In this document: positions 42,564-53,020 of the stretch, one piece after another
Layout of the letters: each line of letters starts with the position of its first letter
Numbering within the stretch: the first letter of the stretch is position 1
NCBI GenBank assembly: GCA_963745235.1
Contig: CAVUXE010000099.1
Coordinates: 64,001 to 128,000 of the forward strand
DNA from: an uncultured Spirochaetota bacterium
GTDB lineage: Bacteria; Spirochaetota; Spirochaetia; SZUA-6; Fen-1364
Reading direction: 5' to 3'
Length of the DNA stretch: 64,000 nucleotides
The notes under the pieces: generated by a model
The model's database searches: none
What the model saw: the letters and a program-made list of their open reading frames with translations, nothing else
Told to the model about the DNA's origin: nothing
Translations under genes and position numbers: made by a program

Positions 42564-43369
42564 TCCCCGGGCTTCGAAGCTTCCGGGCCTTGATCTGGGG
42601 ATACTACCTCAAGCACGGACGCCAAATGCCCTGGCGGCAGACGCGGATTCCCTACCGGGTGCTCGTCTCGGAGGTGATGCTCCAGCAGACCGGAGTGGGC
42701 CGCGTGATCCCCAAGTACCGGGAGTTCCTGCGCTCGTTCCCGAGCATGCGTTCCCTTGCCGAGTCCAGCGTGGAGGAGGTCCTGTCCGCCTGGAAGGGCC
42801 TGGGGTACAACCGGCGCGCCCTTTCCCTGCGAGAGGCTGCGCGAATCATCCGAGACGCGCACGGCGGCAGACTCCCCCGCACCGTGGATCAGCTGAGCGC
42901 GCTACCGGGCATCGGCCGCGCAACGGCATCGTCCATTCTCGTTTTCTCCTTCGACGTTCCCCTCGTGTTCATGGAGACGAACATCCGTCGCGTCTTCATC
43001 CACTTCTTTTTTCCGAAGGCGCGCAAGGTCACAGATGCGGAGATCCTTCCGCTCATCGAAAAGACCCTGGACAGGAAAAACCCGCGGGAGTGGTACTACG
43101 CGCTCATGGACTACGGAGCCCTTCTGCGTGGCGCAGTCCAGAACCCGAACCTGCGAAGCGCCTCCTACACGCGGCAAGCCCCTTTCGAGGGGTCTCTGCG
43201 GCAGCTGCGGGGGCGCGTGCTTGAGGCAATGCTTTCGCTTCGGGCGGCAGGGATGAAAGACATTGAGAAGGCGCTTCCCGAAAGCGATCCCCGGGTGCGC
43301 CGGGCGCTGGATCAGCTCGTCGCCGAGGGATTTCTGCGGGAGAAAAGCGGCCGCTATTTCTTCAGGTAG
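42560..43369 (+). CDS. mutY: A/G-specific adenine glycosylase, short form without Fe-S motif
   Basis: [30 protein letters not shown], Hh[10 protein letters not shown]; start CTG 42560 or TTG 42590. Confidence 0.9.
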   Translation: MIPGLRSFRALIWGYYLKHGRQMPWRQTRIPYRVLVSEVMLQQTGVGRVIPKYREFLRSFPSMRSLAESSVEEVLSAWKGLGYNRRALSLREAARIIRDAHGGRLPRTVDQLSALPGIGRATASSILVFSFDVPLVFMETNIRRVFIHFFFPKARKVTDAEILPLIEKTLDRKNPREWYYALMDYGALLRGAVQNPNLRSASYTRQAPFEGSLRQLRGRVLEAMLSLRAAGMKDIEKALPESDPRVRRALDQLVAEGFLREKSGRYFFR

Positions 43370-44440
43370 TCTTCCGCGTTGAACGGCGCGAGCAGGGGAG
43401 AAAGCGGAAGCTCGCTGTTGAGACGGAAAACGATCTCCGCGGCAAGAGACGTCGAAGGGATCACCTGGAGACAGGGCAGGGATTCCCGGATCTCGGGAGT
43501 GCAGGGGATGGTGTCTGTCACGAGGATGGACCCGACCAGTTTGTCATCGCAAAGCTCTTTCAGACGTTTCACGGCAGGAGACGAGAACACCGGGTGCACG
43601 ATTGCGATGTTCACGGATCCCGGCTGCATGGGGGCGAGCTCTCGCACCAGCTTGCACATGGAGTCCGCCGTGTCGATCATGTCGTCGATGATCCAGATGG
43701 TCTTTCCCTTGATCGGTTCCGCGGTCAGGATGGTTATCGATTCCACGGTATTGGCGGCGGAGTAGTCCCTCTGCTTGTGGGAGATCACGATTCCGGTCCC
43801 GAAAGACGCCGCAAACCTCTTGGACAACGCCTCGCCGCCGGCATCCACGGAGCAGAACAGCCACTCGTCGTGCACGACCGTGTGCAGGTTTTGCAGCGTC
43901 CCGATGACGTTGTCGCAGATGTAGCGTTCCAGGAGCGTCCGGCCGGGGATATCGTCCACGTCGCAGATCGCCGGGTCGATGAAAGTCTTGGACTTCTCCG
44001 AGTGGAGCTGAAACGTGACGTAGTGGTTGATGCCGAGGCTGAGCAGGACCTTGAAATGCAGCCACAGGCCGACGGAGTTTCTGCGGGTGAGCCTGTCGGA
44101 CCTCCCGGGGCTGCAGTACGGCTCGAACACGGTGATCCTGCCCGGCCTGCGCCCTGCGCAGCGCATCCACGGCGTGATAGGTTTCGATCTTGTTCTCTTC
44201 CGATGACAGGCCAAGCTCGTTGCGGGCCGCTCCGACGAAAAGGAACACATCACAGCCTCGGACAGAGGTGCCGACCTCGGCCTCCATTTCCCCGTCGGCA
44301 AACCGGGAGACCGAGAGATCACCGTGGATTTCCGCTTCCGTCCTTTCCTTGAAGCGCGGATAGGAAAGCAATCCGCGGGTGACCCGGCGGGCATATCCCG
44401 CCAGGGCCCGAGTTGAGAAGACCAGGAGCCGTCCGCGCAT
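43354..44440 (-). CDS. prs: Ribose-phosphate pyrophosphokinase (frameshift ~44142)
   Basis: RFADGE, SVRGCDVF, RSDR, HKQR, IIDDMIDTADS, HPVFS, VTDTIP. Confidence 0.93.
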
Positions 44441-44505
44441 GGCTGGACTCTACCAGAAAAGGCGGCCCCAGTCCACGCGAGCGCGCCGTCGTGTGCGCCG
44501 GCGTT

Positions 44506-45195
44506 CTAACGAGGACGGGAGGCCAGAAGCAGTGATGCCTGGCGCGCCTTCTGGACCACGGCCTGGTCACGGGAAAAGCGGGAAATTGAAAGACAGGGTT
44601 CCATGAAGTCGGCGTTCCCGATTTCCTGCACTACGTCGAGGTAGTCGAGGGCAAGGCCCGTGTCCGAGGGGGACAGTATTCCGCCGGTCTGCCGCAGGTG
44701 GTCGAGAATCCCGGCCCCGACTTTCATCAGGGCGGAGAGCCGGTCCGGCTCCCCGAGGCGCGGCAGCAACCGGACGATGAGCCCCCTGAGCTGGGGATCA
44801 CGGAAACCGTCGATCCCACGAACAAGGTCGCTCACGACGGCAGCGTTCGCATCCAGCCGACCCCGCAGCTGCTGGTCACCTTGAGCGGGGTCAAACAGCG
44901 ACGCCAGGGCCAGGCGGATGAGGTGCTCTGTCTTGTACTCACCGGTTCTGGAAAAGCCGGCAAGAAGCCACGAAAGGATGTCGGCAGCGTAAGGATCACT
45001 TCGAGACCCGATGGCCAGGCATATCTCCGAGCTTGTCTGGAAGTCGGCGTCCTTGAGAATGTCCAGGATCAGGCCGTCATCCGCGCGATTGCTCGCTGCC
45101 ACGAATGTGCTCCAGTCAGCGGCATACGCCGCGGCGGCGCACGCGGCGGCCGCGCAGGCACCGAGGAATGCGAGGAGGATCGTTCTACTGGACAT
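44506..45195 (-). CDS. Exported alpha-helical hypothetical protein
   Basis: ATG at 45195, Ala-rich signal peptide, Leu-rich helical body; divergent from recA. Confidence 0.7.
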   Translation of the reverse strand: MSSRTILLAFLGACAAAACAAAAYAADWSTFVAASNRADDGLILDILKDADFQTSSEICLAIGSRSDPYAADILSWLLAGFSRTGEYKTEHLIRLALASLFDPAQGDQQLRGRLDANAAVVSDLVRGIDGFRDPQLRGLIVRLLPRLGEPDRLSALMKVGAGILDHLRQTGGILSPSDTGLALDYLDVVQEIGNADFMEPCLSISRFSRDQAVVQKARQASLLLASRPR

Positions 45196-45237
45196 ACCCG
45201 GGCTTCCGGTTATACTTATCGGCACCAGAAGACGCAA
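45189..45237. promoter_or_regulatory. Bidirectional promoter with overlapping -10 boxes (recA and the divergent gene)
   Basis: Plus: TGGACA (45189-45194), 16 nt, TATACT (45211-45216). Minus: TTGCGT (45237-45232), 17 nt, TATAAC (45214-45209). Confidence 0.65.
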
Positions 45238-45308
45238 TCGCCGTGGTGTTTCCCGCGTATTGAAGGTGAGAAAGCGCCCCCAGGCGCGAAAAGCGAGGCA
45301 TAGAACGG

Positions 45309-46508
45309 ATGGCTAAAAAGGAAGTCCCCGCCCCTGAGAAGAAGTCAGCCGCGCAGGAGGAGAAGATCAAGGCCCTCGACGCGGCGCGGCTGCAGATCGA
45401 GAAGCAGTTCGGCAAGGGATCCCTCATGAAGCTTGGGGAGAACGCCGGTCATAACGAGGTGGATATCATTCCTTCGGGCTCCATCCTTCTTGATGCCGCC
45501 CTGGGAGTGGGCGGATACCCGCGGGGAAGGGTGATAGAGATCTACGGCCCTGAATCATCGGGGAAGACAACCCTCGCCCTCCACGCCATTGCGGAATCCC
45601 AGAAGCTCGGAGGCATCGCTGCATTCGTCGACGCGGAGCATGCGCTGGACCCCGTCTATGCAAAGAACCTCGGCGTGAACGTGGACGAGCTGTGGGTCTC
45701 ACAGCCGGACACGGGTGAGCAGGCCCTTGAGATCGTCGAGTCCCTGGTTCGTTCGGGCGCCATGGACATCATCGTGGTGGACTCGGTGGCCGCCCTGACC
45801 CCCCGGGCGGAAATCGAGGGTGAGATGGGAGACTCCCACATGGGTCTCCAGGCCAGGCTGATGAGCCAGGCGCTGCGTAAGCTGACGGGCATCATCTCCA
45901 AGACGCGGACCTGCCTTATCTTCATCAACCAGATCCGGATGAAGATCGGGGTCATGTTCGGAAATCCAGAAACCACCACGGGCGGCTTTGCCTTGAAGTT
46001 CTATTCCACCATCCGCCTGGAAGTGCGGAAAGTCGAAAGCATCGCCCACGGTACTGATGAAGTCGTTGGAAACAAGGTGCGCGTCAAGGTGGTCAAGAAC
46101 AAGATAGCGCCTCCCTTCCGCAAGGCAGAGATGGACATCATGTTCGGGAAGGGAATCTCCGCGGTCGGCAGCCTCCTGGAGGCGGCCCTCCAGAACAACC
46201 TCGTGGAGAAAGCGGGAAGCTGGTATTCCTACGGCAAGGAGCGCATCGGCCAGGGGGTGGAAAACGCCCGCCTGTTCCTGGAGTCAAACCCCGCGGTGTA
46301 CGCGGAGCTGGAAAAGAAAGTGCGGGGAGCGCTCTTTCCCCAGAAAGGGCAAGGCGCCGGCCAGGATGCAAAGCCAACAGCGACCGCGGAGCCGGCCGCC
46401 AGGCCCGCTCCCGCACCAGCCCGTCCCAGAACCGAGCCGCCGCAAGCGACTGAGGGAGAAGAGCCTGTCGGGGAGGACCGCGCAGACTCGGACAAAGAGC
46501 TTTTCTGA
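45309..46508 (+). CDS. recA: Recombinase RecA
   Basis: [46 protein letters not shown]. Confidence 0.99.
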   Translation: MAKKEVPAPEKKSAAQEEKIKALDAARLQIEKQFGKGSLMKLGENAGHNEVDIIPSGSILLDAALGVGGYPRGRVIEIYGPESSGKTTLALHAIAESQKLGGIAAFVDAEHALDPVYAKNLGVNVDELWVSQPDTGEQALEIVESLVRSGAMDIIVVDSVAALTPRAEIEGEMGDSHMGLQARLMSQALRKLTGIISKTRTCLIFINQIRMKIGVMFGNPETTTGGFALKFYSTIRLEVRKVESIAHGTDEVVGNKVRVKVVKNKIAPPFRKAEMDIMFGKGISAVGSLLEAALQNNLVEKAGSWYSYGKERIGQGVENARLFLESNPAVYAELEKKVRGALFPQKGQGAGQDAKPTATAEPAARPAPAPARPRTEPPQATEGEEPVGEDRADSDKELF

Positions 46509-46510
46509 GA

Positions 46511-46999
46511 GTGGCGCACACCTACTACATCGCCCTCGGCTCCAACGTCGGTGACAGGGAGCGGAACCTTCGTCGGGCATGGGACCAGATGCAGGCCCAG
46601 GGAAAAGAGGGCAAGCTGTCCAGCCTGTACGAGTCAGAGCCCATGTATGTCACAAGCCAGCCCCTTTTCCTGAATGCGGCGGGAAGATTGAGCTCGAACC
46701 TTACACCGAAAGACATGCTGGCCGCCATTCACAAGATAGAGAAGGACCTGGGACGGGACAGAAGCCTGGAGGTTCGGATGGGGCCCCGCACCGTGGACCT
46801 GGACATTCTTCTTTGTGACGACCTTGTGATGGAGGAGCCGGACCTCATCATTCCCCACCCGCGAATGTCCGAAAGGGGCTTTGTCCTTGTGCCCCTCCGG
46901 GAGCTCGCCCCCCAGCTGCGTGATCCCCGAACCGGCCTCCTGTACGCGGAGCTCCCGGCCGCCAGCGGTCAGGGTGTTTACTCTTATCCCCGCCGGTAG
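46511..46999 (+). CDS. folK: 2-amino-4-hydroxy-6-hydroxymethyldihydropteridine diphosphokinase
   Basis: YIALGSNVG, SSLYESEP, GPRTVDLDIL, IPHPRMSERGFVL. Confidence 0.97.
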   Translation: MAHTYYIALGSNVGDRERNLRRAWDQMQAQGKEGKLSSLYESEPMYVTSQPLFLNAAGRLSSNLTPKDMLAAIHKIEKDLGRDRSLEVRMGPRTVDLDILLCDDLVMEEPDLIIPHPRMSERGFVLVPLRELAPQLRDPRTGLLYAELPAASGQGVYSYPRR

Positions 47000-47005
47000 T
47001 ATAAT
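46977..47005 (+). promoter_or_regulatory. sigma70-type promoter upstream of scpA, inside the folK 3' end
   Basis: TTTACT (46977-46982), 17 nt, TATAAT (47000-47005). Confidence 0.75.
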
Positions 47006-47084
47006 TTCGTGTCGATACAGAACAGTGCCAACGATACCACCCCTCAACGACACCCAAACCGACGGGAGCCTCGTCACTGAACCC

Positions 47085-47852
47085 ATGTCCGACTCCAGCG
47101 TGAGCCAGAAGCAGCATTTTCACCTCGGAGACTTCGATGGGCCGCTCGATCTCCTGCTCTTTCTCATCCGAAAATCCGAGGTCAACATCTACGACATTCC
47201 CATCGCGTCCATCACTGAGCAGTACCTGGGGTACCTGAACTTCGCCACACGGGTGGACCTGGACACCATGACGGAGTTCTACCTGATGGCGGCAACCCTC
47301 CTGTACATCAAGAGCAAGATGCTTCTTCCCGTGGAGCTGAACCTGGATGACGAGCTGGAGGACCCCCGGCGGGACCTCGTGGAAAAGCTCATCGAGTACC
47401 AGAAGTTTCGCAAGCTCTCCGACCTGATGGCCCAGAGGGAAGGGGAGGTCGAGTGGATCATCGAGCGAACCCGCAGCCAGCGGATTCTTCCCTTTTCCGA
47501 CGAGGGAATCTGGGAGCAGGTAAGCGTCTGGGACCTCCTGCAGACTTTCTCATCGCTTTTGACCACCCTGTCCTCGGAAAGGATCATCGACCTCTACGAG
47601 GAGGTCAGCGTCAACGAAAAGATCACGTTGATCTCCGAGCTCCTGGAGGAGAAGGAAGAGTTCCTCTTCACGGAGCTGGTGAAGCGCCGCAGCATCCTGG
47701 AGATCGTCTGCGCGTTCTGGGCGGTGCTGGAGCTGGTCAAGGAGAGGCGCATCACGGTAATGCAGAACAGGCTTTTTGGAGACATCAGGGTCCGGGCGCG
47801 CACGGTGGAACCATTGGCGGCGGAGGGAGCAGGCGGGAATGGAGCTGAGTAA
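47085..47852 (+). CDS. scpA: Segregation and condensation protein A
   Basis: FDGPLDLLLFLI, ITEQYL, MAATLLYIKSKMLLP, FWAVLELVK; alternative start GTG 47025. Confidence 0.96.
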   Translation: MSDSSVSQKQHFHLGDFDGPLDLLLFLIRKSEVNIYDIPIASITEQYLGYLNFATRVDLDTMTEFYLMAATLLYIKSKMLLPVELNLDDELEDPRRDLVEKLIEYQKFRKLSDLMAQREGEVEWIIERTRSQRILPFSDEGIWEQVSVWDLLQTFSSLLTTLSSERIIDLYEEVSVNEKITLISELLEEKEEFLFTELVKRRSILEIVCAFWAVLELVKERRITVMQNRLFGDIRVRARTVEPLAAEGAGGNGAE

Positions 47853-48375
47853 AGACGCGGCGCTCATCGAAGCCATTCTCCTCCTGGAAAGCGATCCCGT
47901 GGAGCCGCGCAGGCTGTCTTCCATCAGCGGGCTCTCCGCGGAGGCCACGCAGGAAGCCATCGAGCAGCTTCGGCAGGGGCTGGAGGCGGACGGCCACGGG
48001 CTGGAGATCGTGGAGATCGGAGGAGGGCTGGCGTTCGCACCGCGCAAGGCCTACTGGGAAAAACTGCGCGAGCGCTACGGCAAGACCGCTGAGAATCACC
48101 TCTCGAAGGCGGCCCTGGAGACCCTCGCAATCGTCGCATACTCCCAGCCCATCACGCGCGGGGAGATTGAAAGCATACGCGGAGTGGCCGCTGATGGAAT
48201 GATCAAGCTTCTCATGAGCAGGAACTTCATCCGGGAAGTCGGCAAGAAGGACGCTCCTGGAAAACCGGTGCAGTACGGCACAACCAGGGAGTTTCTCAAG
48301 GCATTCCGGCTCAGCACCATCTCTGACCTTCCGAAGCTCGACGGGCTTGAAAGGGAGCGCTTTGAGCAGGAATAG
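47839..48375 (+). CDS. scpB: Segregation and condensation protein B
   Basis: IEAILL, LSKAALETLAIVAYSQPITRGEIESIRGV, PGKPVQYGTT. Confidence 0.97.
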   Translation: MELSKDAALIEAILLLESDPVEPRRLSSISGLSAEATQEAIEQLRQGLEADGHGLEIVEIGGGLAFAPRKAYWEKLRERYGKTAENHLSKAALETLAIVAYSQPITRGEIESIRGVAADGMIKLLMSRNFIREVGKKDAPGKPVQYGTTREFLKAFRLSTISDLPKLDGLERERFEQE

Positions 48376-49136
48376 CGCCGAGCCCCGCAAGAGCACCGGC
48401 CCGCAGAACATTCCACCCAAGGACGCAATCCGCCTCCAGGTCTTCCTTGCGCGCTGCGGCCTGGGCTCCCGCCGCAACTGCGAGACTTTCATCAGCCATG
48501 GCCGGGTCACCGTCAACGGCGTGCCCGTGACGCAGCTGGGAACAAAAGTGGCCCTCACGGACTCGGTAACGCTGGACGGTCGCGCGGTGGTCCCCTCAGC
48601 CCGCAAGATATACATCGCGGTGCACAAGCCTCGGGAATACCTGTGCGCCAACAGCGATCCGGAGCGAAGACCTCTTGTCAGCGAGCTGTTCTCCTCCGCA
48701 ATTCGCGGCCGCCTCTTTCACGTCGGGAGGCTGGACTTCCTGTCAACGGGCCTCATCCTCTACACCAACGACGGAGAGTTCGCCAAGCTCGTGACCCATC
48801 CCGGGTCGGGGATCGAGAAGGAATACCTGGTGGAGACGGGCAGGGCCATCGATGACGAGTTTCTCCGCAGGTACTCCAAGGGAATCCGCGTCGGTGAGCA
48901 GCTCTACAGGTGCAAGAGCGTACACGCTTCGAGGCCCGCACTCCGCGCTGATCACCCTGACGGAAGGAAAAAACCGTGAAATCAGAAACGTCTTCACGAG
49001 CCGGAATATCCGGCTCAAGAGGGTGCATCGGCTCCGTGTGGGCCCCATAACGCTGAAAGGGATTCCGACCGGCCACTTTCGCAGGCTGACCGAACGGGAG
49101 ATCAGGTGGTTTTTCGACCATGGTAGCGGCGATTGA
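48362..49136 (+). CDS. rluB: RluB/RsuA-family rRNA pseudouridine synthase (frameshift ~48920)
   Basis: S4 domain RLQVFLARCGLGSRR, VGRLD, KEYLV, EGKNREIR; start position approximate. Confidence 0.9.
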
Positions 49137-49785
49137 CGGTCCGGCGGGAGTCGGGAAGAGCACGGTTGCCAGGAGGAGCGCGGAAGCAGCGGGGCTTCTG
49201 TACGTAAACTCGGGCAGCTTCTACCGCGCAATTACCTTCGCGGTCCTGGAGGCGGGAGAGCCCCCGCAGGACAACGACCGGGTGCTCGCGGTGGCGCGCG
49301 CAAGCCGTCTCGAGATGCGCGGATCCTGCCTGACTTTGAACGGCCGTCCCATTGAGGACCTCCTCCACACGGATGCCGTTGACGAATGGGTCGCGCTGCA
49401 CTCCGCGATTCCCGAGGTCAGAAAGATCGTGAACGAAAGACTCCGCCGCATCGCGGAGGGAAGAGACGTCCTGGTGGAGGGGAGGGACATCGGCACCGTG
49501 GTGTTCCCCCAGGCGGAGGTCAAGATCTTTCTGGATGCGGATGTCGCTACAAGGGCGGCGCGCAGGCACGCCCAGGGTGTGAGCCGGCTCCCCCTCCCGC
49601 AAGTGCAAAAGTCCATTGCCGCGCGTGACAGTGTTGACAGGAACAAGCCCACGGGAAGGCTCCAGGCAGCGCCGGATGCCATTCGCATCGACAGCTCTCA
49701 CTTGACCATAGATGAAGTTTGTGACAGAGTGATCGAAGCTATTCTCGTGAAACAAAATAACCCGGGAGACATACGCCGATTATGA
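49120..49785 (+). CDS. cmk: Cytidylate kinase
   Basis: AIDGPAGVGKST, EGRDIGTVVFP, KIFLDA. Confidence 0.97.
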   Translation: MVAAIDGPAGVGKSTVARRSAEAAGLLYVNSGSFYRAITFAVLEAGEPPQDNDRVLAVARASRLEMRGSCLTLNGRPIEDLLHTDAVDEWVALHSAIPEVRKIVNERLRRIAEGRDVLVEGRDIGTVVFPQAEVKIFLDADVATRAARRHAQGVSRLPLPQVQKSIAARDSVDRNKPTGRLQAAPDAIRIDSSHLTIDEVCDRVIEAILVKQNNPGDIRRL

Positions 49786-51482
49786 GCACAGAAGACAAGA
49801 AGAAGCTCGCTCCGGAAGTCGAGACTCAGCTCCAGGAGCAGTACGTCCAGTCCCTTCAGCCCATCGAAGAGGGCCAGATGATACCCGGGCGGGTCATCGA
49901 AGTGGACGACGACTACGTCTATGTGGACGTGGGCTACAAGTCGGAAGGGAAGATTCCGGCGAACGAATTCGATGTCAAGCCGGCCATGGGAGAGACGGTC
50001 TACGTCATCCTGGTCCGCAAAGAGGGCCGTGAAGGCCAGGTCATCGTTTCCAAGCGCAAGGCTGATGAGAAGATATTCTGGAAAGACCTCCGGATCGCTT
50101 TCGACGACCACAAGCCCGTCCAGGGCACCATCGTTCACAAGATCAAGGGCGGCTACGAAGTCGACCTCGGAAACGACATCAGGGCGTTCCTCCCGCTGTC
50201 CAAGGTGGACGTGAAGCGTCCCAGCGAGAACTCTGACTATGTCGGTGTGAAGTCCTCTTTCTACATCGACCGCCTGTACGCAAAGGGCAAGACCAACATC
50301 GTTGTCTCCCGCCGGGACTGGATGGAAGAGGATATCCGCAAGCGCCGGGATGAGTTCTTCGGCCAGGTGAAGATCGGAGACGTGGTGGAAGGCGTGGTGA
50401 AGAGCTTCACCTCCTTTGGCGCCTTCGTGGACCTGGGAGGATTCGACGGCCTCCTGCACATCAACGACATGAGCTGGGGCCATGTCACCCGGCCCAAGGA
50501 CTTCGTGAAGCTGGGTGAAACCATTCAGCTCAAGGTGATCCGCCTGGAGCCGGAGGAAGGCCGCATCAACCTCAGCCTGAAGCATTTCACGGAGGACCCC
50601 TGGAACCACTTCGAGGAGAAGTATCACATCGGGGACGTCGTGAAGGGGAAGGTCACCAAGCTGGCGGATTTCGGGGCATTCATCGAGATAGAGGAAGGCA
50701 TCGAAGGCCTTGCCCACATCTCCGAGCTGTCATGGGTGCGGAAGGTGAAGCATCCCCGGGAGGTCCTCAAGGTTGGTGACGTGGTGGAGACCAAGATCCT
50801 CAACTACGACATCCAGCAGGGAAAGCTTTCCCTGGGCCTCAAGCAGGTGCTGCCCAATCCGTGGGACGACGTGGACCAGCGGTATCCCGTGGGCATGAGA
50901 CTGAACCGCAAGGTGGTGCGCGCCAGCCCCTACGCCCTGTTCTTCGAGATCGAGGAAGGGATTGACGGCGTCCTGCACGTGGACGACATGTCCTGGACCA
51001 AGAAGATCAGGAACGCTTCGTCGTTCGCAAAGGTGGACGATGAGGTGGACGTCATGGTGATCGGAATCGACAAGGAACGGGGCAAAGTGCAGCTGGGGGC
51101 CAAGCAGCTCTCCGAGGACCCCTGGGAGTCCATTGCCCGCGCCTACCCCCGGGGAAGCATCATCTCCGGTGAGATCACCAACATCACGGACTTCGGCTTC
51201 TTCGTGCGCGTGCAGGGCGGCATCGAAGGCCTCGTGCACAAGATGAACATCGTGGATGACCGGGTGGAGCCCATTGAAACGGCCATGGCGAAGTACAAGG
51301 TCGGTGACCAGGTCCAGGCCGTCGTGACGGAGGTGAGCCCGTCCAAGCAGAAGCTGTCCCTTTCCCTCAAGGATTACGTCAAGCGCGTGCAGCGGGAAGA
51401 AATGGACAAGTACATCCATGACGACTCGAAGCAGGAGACCGTCTCTCTCGGCGACATGCTCAAGGACAAGATAAAGGGCTAG
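49782..51482 (+). CDS. rpsA: 30S ribosomal protein S1
   Basis: Six S1 repeats (VDVGYKSEG; [16 protein letters not shown]; [13 protein letters not shown]). Confidence 0.99.
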   Translation: MSTEDKKKLAPEVETQLQEQYVQSLQPIEEGQMIPGRVIEVDDDYVYVDVGYKSEGKIPANEFDVKPAMGETVYVILVRKEGREGQVIVSKRKADEKIFWKDLRIAFDDHKPVQGTIVHKIKGGYEVDLGNDIRAFLPLSKVDVKRPSENSDYVGVKSSFYIDRLYAKGKTNIVVSRRDWMEEDIRKRRDEFFGQVKIGDVVEGVVKSFTSFGAFVDLGGFDGLLHINDMSWGHVTRPKDFVKLGETIQLKVIRLEPEEGRINLSLKHFTEDPWNHFEEKYHIGDVVKGKVTKLADFGAFIEIEEGIEGLAHISELSWVRKVKHPREVLKVGDVVETKILNYDIQQGKLSLGLKQVLPNPWDDVDQRYPVGMRLNRKVVRASPYALFFEIEEGIDGVLHVDDMSWTKKIRNASSFAKVDDEVDVMVIGIDKERGKVQLGAKQLSEDPWESIARAYPRGSIISGEITNITDFGFFVRVQGGIEGLVHKMNIVDDRVEPIETAMAKYKVGDQVQAVVTEVSPSKQKLSLSLKDYVKRVQREEMDKYIHDDSKQETVSLGDMLKDKIKG

Positions 51483-51494
51483 CCGGCGAGGGGG

Positions 51495-53015
51495 ATGTTG
51501 AGATTCACCGCGGACCGCGAGAAGCTTGATATTCTTTTCGACATCTACGCGAGGATAAACTCAAATTACGCAGACCTGAAGGCTCTCCTGACCCAGATCG
51601 TGGACTCCGCGACCGAGCTCACCGAAGGTGAAGCCTCCTCCCTCATGCTGCTCAACCCGGAGAACAACAAGCTCTACTTCGAGATCGCCCTCGGTCCGAA
51701 GGGACCATTTCTCAAGCACTACTCACTGAACATGGGTGAAGGGATCGCCGGCTGGGTGGCGCAGAAGAACACCTCTTTGATCGTGAACGACGTGACGCAG
51801 GACCCGCGGTTCTATCCTGAAATCGCCCAGAAGATCGGCTTTCCGGCCACCTCCATCCTTGCGGTGCCCATGAGGGTCAAGGACAGGCTGGTCGGGGTGG
51901 TGGAGATCATCAACAAGAGGGGCGGCAAGAGGTTCAGTGAAGAGGACCTGCAGTGGCTGGAGGCATTCTCCACGCAGGCCGCGCTTGCCATCCAGAACGC
52001 GCAGAGCTACCAGAAGGTAAAGAACGAGCTTTCCGTGCTTCAAGACAAGGTCAGCACAGACCAGGGGTATCACACCTTCATTGCTGAAAGCAGAGTCATC
52101 CGGGAGAAGCTGGACATTGCCCGCAAGGCGGCTGCAACGGATTCCTCGGTCCTTCTCCTCGGGGAAAGCGGAGTCGGCAAGGAGCTTTTCGCGGAGCAGA
52201 TCCACCTGAACAGCCCGCGCAAGGGCAGGCCGTTCATTCGCGTCAACTGCGCGGCAATTCCCGAGCCGCTCCTGGAGAGCGAGCTCTTTGGTCATGTAAA
52301 AGGGGCTTTCACGGACGCGGTGGCCGACCGGAGGGGCAGGTTCGAGCTGGCGGACGGAGGAACCATTTTCCTGGATGAGGTGGCGGACATGCCCCTCTCC
52401 CTCCAGGCAAAGCTCCTTCGCGTGATCCAGAACAAGACCTTCGAGAGAGTCGGGTCCAGCGAATCGATGCACGTGGACGTGCGAATCATCGCGGCAACCA
52501 ACCGGAACCTGGAGACCCAGGTGACGGAGAAGAAGTTCCGCGCGGATCTCTTCTATCGCCTGAACGTGCTCCCTATCCATATCCCGCCCCTGCGGGAGCG
52601 CAGGGAGGACATCCCCCACCTGGCGGACTTCTTTCTCCGAAAGCACTCGCGGGAGACCAAGAAGCAGATCCAGGGCTTTTCGGATACGGCCATGGAGGAG
52701 CTCCTGTCGTATTCCTGGCCGGGGAACGTGCGGGAGCTGGAGAACTCGATCGAAAGGGCCGTTGTGTTCTCCCGGGACGACATGATACGTCCTGAGTTCC
52801 TCATCCTGAACGGCGGTCCCATCCAGGACGGGGACTCGTACTCCCAGAAGACACTCCGGGAGGCATTGAACATCTTCAAGAAACACTTTATCACCAAGGC
52901 CTTGGAAGCGAACGGGTGGCACCAGACCCGCACGGCGCAGGCGCTGGATATCCAGAGAAGCTACCTGTCCAAGCTGGTGAGAGAGCTGAACATCATGAGA
53001 GAAAGAGGAGCGTAG
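51495..53015 (+). CDS. GAF-domain sigma54-dependent transcriptional activator (bEBP)
   Basis: GAF domain (GEGIAGWV, SILAVPM), GESGVGKE, ESELFGHVKGAFTDA, IFLDE, FRADLFYRL, WPGNVREL, C-terminal HTH. Confidence 0.95.
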   Translation: MLRFTADREKLDILFDIYARINSNYADLKALLTQIVDSATELTEGEASSLMLLNPENNKLYFEIALGPKGPFLKHYSLNMGEGIAGWVAQKNTSLIVNDVTQDPRFYPEIAQKIGFPATSILAVPMRVKDRLVGVVEIINKRGGKRFSEEDLQWLEAFSTQAALAIQNAQSYQKVKNELSVLQDKVSTDQGYHTFIAESRVIREKLDIARKAAATDSSVLLLGESGVGKELFAEQIHLNSPRKGRPFIRVNCAAIPEPLLESELFGHVKGAFTDAVADRRGRFELADGGTIFLDEVADMPLSLQAKLLRVIQNKTFERVGSSESMHVDVRIIAATNRNLETQVTEKKFRADLFYRLNVLPIHIPPLRERREDIPHLADFFLRKHSRETKKQIQGFSDTAMEELLSYSWPGNVRELENSIERAVVFSRDDMIRPEFLILNGGPIQDGDSYSQKTLREALNIFKKHFITKALEANGWHQTRTAQALDIQRSYLSKLVRELNIMRERGA

Positions 53016-53020
53016 AGCGA

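Noticed and set aside
45217-45308. SOS/LexA box upstream of recA
   Set aside because: No E. coli-type (CTGT-N8-ACAG) or Gram-positive-type (GAAC-N4-GTTC) motif found; only a small GCGCC/GGCGC hairpin.
47085-48375. scpA/scpB as a Wadjet/Mks-type system
   Set aside because: Canonical scpA-scpB-rluB-cmk housekeeping context with no jetC/jetD; smc is usually elsewhere.
52302-52319. GAFTDA instead of GAFTGA as evidence of a sigma54-independent activator
   Set aside because: F and T are retained, and GAFTDA is a common natural variant.
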